From a bacterium (lineage in GTDB: Bacteria; UBP14; UBA6098; JAFGQG01): DNA of 64,000 bases. How positions within the stretch are numbered: position 1 is the first letter of the stretch; each line of letters opens with the position of its first letter. Shown here in pieces: positions 47,720 through 56,200 of the stretch. The position numbers and the translations under genes were made by a program. The DNA lies in NCBI GenBank assembly GCA_016935765.1, contig JAFGQG010000175.1, positions 355 through 64,354 of the forward strand, written 5' to 3'. Below the pieces are notes generated by a model, which had not been told where the DNA came from, did no database searches, and saw only the letters and a program-made list of their open reading frames with translations.

Positions 47720-50700
47720 ATGAAAAAAGCACTAATATTTTTGTTTATTTTTACCACTGCGTTTCGGGTTTTTGGAGTGAACGAAACCCCCGGTGAGAAT
47801 TACCGTCCGAAAACCTTCGCGGAAGCCGATCTTGCTCGATGGGATTTCAGCGACGCGGATGAAAAAGTTTGGTTGAAATACGTTGTTGGCCATCAACATT
47901 ACCGTATGGGAACGAAGATAATTGACGGCGCTAAGGATTGCAGCGAAGGTGGTGCAGGAATTTGGAAACTTTTCGAGTTCATTTCCGCCAATGCTTATGA
48001 TGTGATTCTGATAGCCAGTCACGGTTTAAGTACTACTGAACTGGTAGCAGTTTATCTCGATACTACAGCAGCGTGCAGAACGGTGCGCGATAGCCTATAT
48101 ACCAGGTATAACACGACCTTTCCCGGATGTTTGAGAAAAGTACGGTTCACCAGCAAACGGTATGGGCTGCTTGTCAATCAGCAGTTTTTTAGAAATTACT
48201 TCATGACGCCAGATGCTTTTTTCTGGGGTCTATTTTGTTATTCATCAAAGTTTTCAATGACAGGCACTGCTGAAGCAAGGGAGTATATTGGATATAACAA
48301 TGCGGTTTATGTCAATAATGGTACTCATGACCAGGAATATGTTTTAAACCGTATGGATGGTCAGCAGGGGCAGGATAAGCGACCGTTGAAGATTGCTCTT
48401 CAGGGGTACACTACCGGAAGTCCTACGACACCGCGCGATGCTTTCATAGTGCATAAAGGACCCGGCAATACAGTTCTATCTCCGTCAGTTCTGGAAAATG
48501 AACCACAGGGGATTGTTTGCGTACGAACACCGGGGCACGTGAAATTCGATTGTATCATGGACACGAGAATGCCTCCCGATATTGTGATTCGCGCTGAAGG
48601 CGGCGGTCACCTTGAAAAGCGTAAATGGGTCGGTAACGATAAGATCGAGTATGAAGTTGTTCCTGATGTTCCTCCACCTTTCGTGATTAAATATATAGTA
48701 AATTCTATCTATGCTGTTTCACGGGATAATTGGTCGGACCTGGACGGCAATCTCAATCCGGCAGGATCCAACGCTCGCGGTCCCAATTGGGATGACTTCG
48801 TTTGGTACACATATTGCCCAATCATTCCTTGGGTGCCAGTAGTTACACCTCCGGATACTTTCTGGATCGATAATCCGGATTCCTTCACGGATATCCCCGT
48901 GGATATTCTTAATCCCACGGATTCTGTAATTACGATTAAAATCACCTGGACAGATTCGCTCGTATGGATGCCGATAGAAACATTGGATTTAGAAATCCCA
49001 CCTGAAACGGACACCTTGATACCCATAAAAATTGACTGGCCAGGATGGGTGTTGGATTGGAATCATATCTGGTTCAAGCTTTGGACCATAGACTGGATCC
49101 TTCTTGATGAAGGTGAGACATGGGCAACCCCGATTTCGCCCATCAGGATAAGGCCTTTTGACCCACCGCCATACCTCTGGGTCGATAGCTTCTTCGATGT
49201 GTTCGTTGAAGTTCATCCTGCTTATGATGGTCCTGATATTCCGGTCGAAGGAATGCCTTGGTTCGAAAATCCTACCTGGCCGGATGCCGTTGTAATACCT
49301 CCAGGTTTCAACCCGGTTCCCGATACCGGAAGGTCCTTCCGAATATCCTTCCCGGCAATCGGGGGTATAGACTTTCCCGCTGAATCGTTCTTTGATGTGT
49401 TCTTTGAGATCCTCCCGGGATTTCCATACCACGGAACTCATCTCGGGAAATTCAATACTAAAGTTGGTCCCCCGATACAGATACTGGACGACATCCCCAG
49501 GGATTACTATCCAATCGAACCTGAAATGATCAATTTAGACCTCATTTCTTCAGAGCCAATTACTGTGGTCGCGCGCGTTAACGATACGCAAGCATGGACT
49601 ACCCTGCTCGGAGATACTCTATTCGGCTTAACACCTTATGAACCATACACTATAAACATCGAAGTGGTCGCGGGACCTGTCGGTTTTGAGGCTTTCGATG
49701 ATGATATTCTCGGTTCAAGTCGAGTTACTGTAAGTCTTGAAGATGTTGAGGGGCACGATTTCTATGTAGAAAGAGAATTTACGTTTAACTGCCTCAATCC
49801 GCTTGTACTTCAGCCCGTTTGTGATACTTACGACCATCGTGCGCCGGCAGGGAGTACCGTGGACCTGGAATGGATGCTGACTAACCGTTCGGGTATAGAC
49901 CGAGTGTTCCAGGTAAATGTGTTCGATTTAATGGGTTGGCCGATTGTATTCCCTGAGGATCCTTTCACACTCGCTCCCGCGGAATCATCGTATATTGTGG
50001 TAGTCGTTAATGTGCCAGATGGACCCGTAGGTTTAATAAACGAGGTTACACTTTACGCAGATGACGTCGAAGAATGGAGAATAAGCCGCCAGCACACTTT
50101 CAGCTTAAGAAGGTCTTCGGTTGTCCTCGTTGACCTCGAGGGATTAAGATATTATTTCAGCAGACCCGGGCATCTATTGTCGTTTAGTGTTAGCCTGAGG
50201 AATGAACTTTCATCTCCGGCTATGGTAAATATGGAAGGTCACGGAGAACTTGGCACAGTTGTGGATTTCGATCCCGCTTCATTCATGGTATTCAGTGGAG
50301 ATCCTGTTGATGTTACAGTTAACGCACTCTTCGATGCTGACTTGCCTGTGGGAATTATATCAAAGCTGACCCTTATAGCTAATGCAACCGATGCAACCTT
50401 ATCATTGCCTGCAGCGGATACGATGTTTGTCGGAGTTTATATGGAACCGGATGTCGGAATCGGTGAAAAACCTGGCATCCCGAAAAGCTTCGCATTGATG
50501 GACGCAGTGCCTAATCCATTTAATTCAAGCGTGATGATAGAATTCGATGTACCGCGAGCAGAGAAAATTACTATCGATATTTTCGATCATCTCGGCGAAA
50601 AGGTTGCCACTCTTGTGGATGGTAAACATTCTGCCGGAAGCTACAAAGCTGTCTGGAATGCTGAGAATAGTCTTCATGAAACTGTGTCTTCGGGAATCTA

Positions 50701-50761
50701 CATGTATCAAATGAGAGCTGGGAATTTTAAGGATACTAAGACGATGGTTTTTATTAAATAG
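47720..50761 (+). CDS. Secreted CTD protein with possible clan-CD-like N-domain and Ig repeats
   Basis: Signal peptide; VILIASHG / FWGLFCYS; two SFFDVF motifs; VPNPFN..SSGIYMY..KTMVFIK. Confidence 0.8.
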   Translation: MKKALIFLFIFTTAFRVFGVNETPGENYRPKTFAEADLARWDFSDADEKVWLKYVVGHQHYRMGTKIIDGAKDCSEGGAGIWKLFEFISANAYDVILIASHGLSTTELVAVYLDTTAACRTVRDSLYTRYNTTFPGCLRKVRFTSKRYGLLVNQQFFRNYFMTPDAFFWGLFCYSSKFSMTGTAEAREYIGYNNAVYVNNGTHDQEYVLNRMDGQQGQDKRPLKIALQGYTTGSPTTPRDAFIVHKGPGNTVLSPSVLENEPQGIVCVRTPGHVKFDCIMDTRMPPDIVIRAEGGGHLEKRKWVGNDKIEYEVVPDVPPPFVIKYIVNSIYAVSRDNWSDLDGNLNPAGSNARGPNWDDFVWYTYCPIIPWVPVVTPPDTFWIDNPDSFTDIPVDILNPTDSVITIKITWTDSLVWMPIETLDLEIPPETDTLIPIKIDWPGWVLDWNHIWFKLWTIDWILLDEGETWATPISPIRIRPFDPPPYLWVDSFFDVFVEVHPAYDGPDIPVEGMPWFENPTWPDAVVIPPGFNPVPDTGRSFRISFPAIGGIDFPAESFFDVFFEILPGFPYHGTHLGKFNTKVGPPIQILDDIPRDYYPIEPEMINLDLISSEPITVVARVNDTQAWTTLLGDTLFGLTPYEPYTINIEVVAGPVGFEAFDDDILGSSRVTVSLEDVEGHDFYVEREFTFNCLNPLVLQPVCDTYDHRAPAGSTVDLEWMLTNRSGIDRVFQVNVFDLMGWPIVFPEDPFTLAPAESSYIVVVVNVPDGPVGLINEVTLYADDVEEWRISRQHTFSLRRSSVVLVDLEGLRYYFSRPGHLLSFSVSLRNELSSPAMVNMEGHGELGTVVDFDPASFMVFSGDPVDVTVNALFDADLPVGIISKLTLIANATDATLSLPAADTMFVGVYMEPDVGIGEKPGIPKSFALMDAVPNPFNSSVMIEFDVPRAEKITIDIFDHLGEKVATLVDGKHSAGSYKAVWNAENSLHETVSSGIYMYQMRAGNFKDTKTMVFIK

Positions 50762-51017
50762 GGTGTGACTGGAAAGCCCAGGATACCGGCGTAAGTAAAA
50801 TACTTAAATTACTGAGAAACTCACGCGCGGGATTTGTCATGTTAGGATTGAAGGCAAGAGGTAGAGCTTGCTTCCCTTTGATAAATCATTTTACCACGGG
50901 TTCAAAGGATGAATTCTGTATCTTATTTGAAAAACATTTAACTTGCGCTAATATGCTTTTTTTATATTATTGATAAAAAATATTTTAATGTGAAAAATTT
51001 CAGAAAGGAGTTGATTT

Positions 51018-51497
51018 ATGAAGATCTTCAAAGCCTTAGTGATTACGATATTTGTTTTGGTGGGTTTAGTTTCAGTTGCATATAGCCAGTTCGGCTCATA
51101 TTATATCCATACGATGGGAACCGGCGAGATTACCGAGGGAAAAGGCGCAGTCAAGCCTGAAGGTTTGCCGGAAGAGTACAAGGTTATCCTGACACCGCTT
51201 GGTGAATGCGGTCAGCTTTATATTGCTGAGAAATCAAACGAGGGATTCGTGGTTGGTGAAAATTATACAGGGGATAAAGGTTCGACGGTACAGTTCGATT
51301 ATTTCATTGTTGTGGAACGGGCACACCGAAGCACTATGGATAACACTAAGCTCGAAGAGATGAGACAAAAGTTCGAGGAAATGAACTCAGAGAAACAAGA
51401 ATTGATGCAGCAGAAAATGGAGAAACTCAAGCAGGACAGCAACGATAGCGAGCAGGAAAGTGAAACGGGAGAAACTGGTACACCAACAGGTAATTAA
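51018..51497 (+). CDS. Secreted protein resembling a fibre C-terminal chaperone-like domain with a coiled-coil tail
   Basis: Signal peptide; YKVILTPLGECGQLYIAEK...GFVV..FDY.IV..R; AGGAG RBS. Confidence 0.7.
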   Translation: MKIFKALVITIFVLVGLVSVAYSQFGSYYIHTMGTGEITEGKGAVKPEGLPEEYKVILTPLGECGQLYIAEKSNEGFVVGENYTGDKGSTVQFDYFIVVERAHRSTMDNTKLEEMRQKFEEMNSEKQELMQQKMEKLKQDSNDSEQESETGETGTPTGN

Positions 51498-51620
51498 CAG
51501 GTTGGTTTTGAATTTGCGGTCTTTTATCTTGCTATTGTTATTTTACCTTCTAAATTAATGATAGTAACCGAAGGTAAGGATAGTGAATTAGTATCTTTTT
51601 AATTTGCTTATAATAGTCTT

Positions 51621-52400
51621 ATGGGAAAACGGTTGGTTTTTATCCTATTTTTTGTCTTGTTGATACCTCTATACAATGTGGTTGAGAGTACGCTATCGGT
51701 TTCTTTCGTTCTGGATCCTGAACCTCCCCGCATTGGTGGTGGGGGATTTTTTCCGCCTCCCGATACAATTATCCCTGAAACCACTCTGACTATTAGCGCT
51801 GACGTGATAGACTTAGGCGCTGGTGTCTGGAGGGATTACATCGCCTCGTCTTCCGAATGGGGCGATAGCGTTTTTTCTTTTATTACCTGGAGTGTTAATG
51901 GGGCAGGTTTTGCAGATACCATTCGAGACGCCTTCTCATTCACCCGTACATTTAGTAACAGGGATACGGTTGAGGTGTGCATAAACGCTATCGATGAAAT
52001 CCACAATTACGATTGCTCATGCCCCCCGAATATCTTACATACTTGTTGGTCTTTCATTTGCTGTGTTCCAAATGCGAATCCACAAGTCTGGGATGTAAAT
52101 TTTGCCCAGGCTACTGATGGCTCCCACCTGGTGGATATCTATTACTTTGCGGACGACGAGAACAGCGATCCCGTTAGAATTCACCTGGAGGTTTCAAATG
52201 ATGGTGGTCTGACTTGGGATGTAGTTGATCTCGTAACGTTCATATCGCCTTCGGATACTGGCTGGGTAGAGGCGTCTGACACCGAGCGGAGACATATAAT
52301 TTGGGATATGGGGACGGATTACCCGGAGTGCTTCTTCGAGGAAAGCGATATAATGGTCAGGGTGTGGGGTGATGATGGGATTTACTATAGATGTGAGTAG
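51621..52400 (+). CDS. Secreted two-module Ig protein homologous to the C-terminal quarter of 39037-42033
   Basis: Signal peptide; CSCPPN..WSF; Q.TDGS.LVDIYYFADD..VSNDGG.TWDV..PSDTGWV..WDMG.DY.EC.FEESDI. Confidence 0.82.
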   Translation: MGKRLVFILFFVLLIPLYNVVESTLSVSFVLDPEPPRIGGGGFFPPPDTIIPETTLTISADVIDLGAGVWRDYIASSSEWGDSVFSFITWSVNGAGFADTIRDAFSFTRTFSNRDTVEVCINAIDEIHNYDCSCPPNILHTCWSFICCVPNANPQVWDVNFAQATDGSHLVDIYYFADDENSDPVRIHLEVSNDGGLTWDVVDLVTFISPSDTGWVEASDTERRHIIWDMGTDYPECFFEESDIMVRVWGDDGIYYRCE

Positions 52401-52640
52401 TAGATTTTTCAACCATTACCGGTCGTTTCCCCGACCGGTCGGGATTACCCTGATGCACCCCGAAGCAAGCGACATAAAGGTTAGTATCATTGCCAATGAT
52501 GGTATAAATTTTAGCTGCGAGTAAGAAATTTTTTGTGAACAAATTTTTTAAAACTAATTTAAAGATGAACTGGATTTTTAACTTGCTATAAATTAGGAAT
52601 AATGTAAATTATTCTTTAATAATTTATATGGTTAAGGTTT

Positions 52641-52700
52641 AGTCCAATGAATCCAACGGTGTCCAAAGTTTTTCCAATCGATCCAACGGAATCCAAAAGG
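52641..52700. repeat. TCCAA-core micro-array, left flank of the TA cassette
   Basis: Six 9-11 nt units; 41/51 identity by eye with 53148-53198. Confidence 0.8.
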
Positions 52701-52711
52701 AGAAAATAATT

Positions 52712-52906
52712 ATGCAGACTTTAGCTGAACTTACAGTCGAAGAACTCAAAACTCTTATTCATGAGACTGTCGAGGAGAGTATTGAAGACTATATAGAGGA
52801 TTTAATTGCAGCTGCGAGTTCAGGTTACATCCAATCGATACAAGAAGCCAGGCAGGATTATAAAGCTGGGCGTGTCAAAATTTTTGAGAATGTTTTTAAT
52901 GTATAA
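52712..52906 (+). CDS. Antitoxin of the RelE pair
   Basis: Small acidic protein, YIQSIQEARQDYKAGRV; overlaps relE. Confidence 0.78.
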   Translation: MQTLAELTVEELKTLIHETVEESIEDYIEDLIAAASSGYIQSIQEARQDYKAGRVKIFENVFNV

Positions 52907-53147
52907 TATCATCATTACTGAAAGAGCGCTTCGGGATATTAATAAACTTGATAGTGGATTAAAAAATCGCATTGGTAAGAAATTGAAGCAGTTTACAAAA
53001 AACCCTTTAAAATATGCAAGAAAGCTTAAACGACCGGAAATAGGCTCATTCAGATTCAGAATTGGTGATTATAGAGTCGTTTTTGATATTGATGAAAATA
53101 CTATAGTGATTTTAAGAGTAGGGCACAGAAAGGATATTTATAAATGA
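52899..53147 (+). CDS. relE: RelE/ParE family toxin
   Basis: MYNIIITERALRDI.KL..FRFRIGDYRVVF..VILRVGHRKDIY. Confidence 0.9.
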   Translation: MYNIIITERALRDINKLDSGLKNRIGKKLKQFTKNPLKYARKLKRPEIGSFRFRIGDYRVVFDIDENTIVILRVGHRKDIYK

Positions 53148-53198
53148 AATCTAATGAATCCAACGATGTCCAAAATTTGTACAATCAATCCAGTGGAG
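53148..53198. repeat. TCCAA-core micro-array, right flank of the TA cassette
   Basis: aatctaatgaatccaacgatgtccaaaatttgtacaatcaatccagtggag. Confidence 0.8.
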
Positions 53199-53236
53199 TT
53201 TTTTAGACATTTTATTAGAATTAAAGGGGATATTAT

Positions 53237-56200
53237 ATGAGATACAATAATCTGATTTTACCAATTTTATTAATTTCACTCGTATTTTTTAGCCAGGTCC
53301 AGGCGGATTCAACATCGGCGGTTTCGGACCTGGGAGTCCTTGACAACTGCTCTCCACGAGTAACGATCGATTTTCCCGGACTGAATGATACACTGATCTG
53401 CAATAGTGACAGCGTCTTACTGTGGACAGCTATCGATAGCTTCTTCAATCCCAATCCCATAATTTCGATAGAATACTCTTATGACGGCGGACCATTTACT
53501 TCCCTCGCTTCGGATGAGGAGAATGACGGTATCTGGGAGTGGTTATCCATTCCACCAATCTCCTCGAATAACGTCCTTATTTTACTTACCGCGATCGACA
53601 GTCTGGGGAATATTGGAAGCGATACTTCGGAAGTGTTCACTATTTACTGCAACGTTGTTGGTCCGGTCGCTAGAATTATTGAACCGCTGCCGAATACCGT
53701 AACAAGCTGCGATGATCAGGAAATAATCGTAGAAATCCTCGATGTGGATGGAGTGGACGCCAGCACTATCCGTCTGTCGATAATTTCAAGCTGGATCGCG
53801 GACACATTCGATATCTCGGACAGCCGCTTGACATTCGTGAACGACACCCTGAGGTTTACTCCAGTGGGACCAACCTGGGAACATTGTGAAACCGTCCAGG
53901 TATGCCTGCTCGAAGCTATGGATAATTTCGGCAATTCCCTCGCCGCCGGCGAATTATGCTGGTCGTTCCTGGTTGACCTGCTGCCGCCCGAACTGGTATC
54001 ATCATACCCGATTGATGGAGGCACCGTTTATGATACTCTCCAACCGATTACGATAAGACTCGTTGATGATTGCAGCGGTATCGACCCGGATTCACTCCTG
54101 CTCATCGTTAACGATTCGAACCTCACTCTCGATGATCCATGCCTAACCCTGGATGACACTATGTTATACTTCGATCCGGCGCTATGCGGAATGTCGTTTC
54201 CATTCGGGACAACTGCTGAGTACTGCCTCATGTACGCTAGGGATTTTGCGGAGTATTGCGGACCGAACGTCACACCGCCAAATTGCTTTCAATTTTTTAT
54301 CTGGCTCATGGATACCCTCGGACCTACTGCCAGATTGATAACCCCGCACGATGGCTGGATCGTTGCCTGTACCGACCAGATAATTATGATAATGCTCACA
54401 GATACTAACCCGGTTGAACCATCTTCGATAATTCTTGAGGTAAACGGGATCCCATATACCACTGATAGTACACAGCTTGAATACACCGACCTGCTTTTGA
54501 TATTTACACCTTCCGAATGGTTTGTGAACGGAGAGCTGATTGAGATAAACCTTCTCGCTGCGGAGGATGTGTTCGGTAATCCTATGGCGCGTACGTATTA
54601 CTGGTCTTTCACCATGGATCTGGCTCCCCCGATTTTTGTTGGTTATTCCCCGACAGACGATACACTCCGTTCAGCAACACCAGAAATCAGGTTCGAGATC
54701 TTAGATTCCATCTCCGGAGTTGATCCGTTCACGCTGCAGATAACTATAAATGGCTCTTTGTTTACCTTTCCGGGGGATTTTAACTGGGAATTTGATGAGA
54801 TAATTTTTGATCCGGCAGACCACGGAATGGCTTTCTCTAATGGCGAAAATGTGGAGGCTTGCCTGGTAATTGCGGGGGACTCCCCGGACACCTGCATTCC
54901 GAACACGCTTAGGGACACCTGTTTTAACTTTATTGTTGACCTGGCAGGACCACATACATTTATCCATTCGCCCACCGGGTACACATCATGCGAGTACCAG
55001 ACTATCGAGATCGATTTTTCGTCGCGGTTCGGTGTTGATTCAACCTCTATCAGCTTCCGGCTGAATGCTGACATAATGGATATTTACGACCCGGAATTAA
55101 GCCTGAGTGGTCTGACTCTAACTTATACACCAACAATCCCGTTCAGTGATGGCGACACTCTAAACGTGTCACTTATTTCCCTCGAGGATACTACGGGGAT
55201 AGGCGCGTCGGAACTGCCCCATGCATGGAGTTTTATCGTTGATTTGACGCCGCCGGAAGTCACTCCGGTAACACCCGGGGTTGGTACTACAGTGGTGACG
55301 CCTCCAGAACTCATAACAGTTACGGTTTCGGACCGGCTGGCAGGTTTGCGGCTCGATTCGCTCTGGATACAGATCGATGGCGGAACGAGGTATTTTATTT
55401 CGGATCCCGGTGTCTTCTGGGGTGAACCTGTACTAGGGTTTTACCCGGATAGCGCGGGTGTTGTCTTCGCTGACTACGACACCGTGGAAGTTTGTGTAGG
55501 CGCGATGGACCTCGCTGAATACTGCGGTCCTAACGGCACACTATTCTGCTGGACGTTCTACATCTCCCGCGGCGATAACCCGGTTGCCAGGATAGACAGC
55601 CCTGAGGATGTCTTCATCGACGGCGAGATCTGGGTAGCCTGTCCTACAGAGTGTATCGTGATAGTGATAGACGACCCTGACAGCAATCTCGTGTTAGATA
55701 GTATCAGATTTAATATTGACATGTCAACCTTTTTCCTGTCATCACCTGGTGTGACGTGGGTGGGAGACGAAGCGCATATAAACATCACTTACTGCCCCCC
55801 TGACGGGTGGGATGATAACGACACAATAATAGTCACGAATGTTGTTGCTTACGACAGTTATGGCAACCCGCTTGCGGGTACGCCGCCGTATCTCGAATTC
55901 ATGACCGACTTCTCACCGCCGGAGTTCTCCGGAGTGATCCCGTCGGACACAATTTTAGCTACCACTTCCGCGGCTATTGGTTTCTCTGCTACCGACCTGC
56001 GCGACGTAATAAACGAGAGCCTGTACGTTTACGTGAATGGCGTTTTCAGAGGCTCCAGAGCTTCGGCTAACTGGAGTGTGGGTTCCCTCGAAGATGGAGA
56101 CTCGGTCTGCGTGACAGCCGTTTGCTGGGACGATACTGCAGACTATGGATGCCCGATATACACTCACCGCGCTGAGACTACCTGGTGTTTCCTTATCTCT

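Noticed and set aside
50762-50915. Possible structured ncRNA after the 1013-aa gene
   Set aside because: Only weak hairpins, with no family motif I can recognise; an Infernal/Rfam search would be needed.
52400-52510. Hammerhead-like ctgatg...cgaag with nearby hairpins
   Set aside because: The core lacks CUGANGA and GAAA; the hairpins are better explained as small palindromic repeats.
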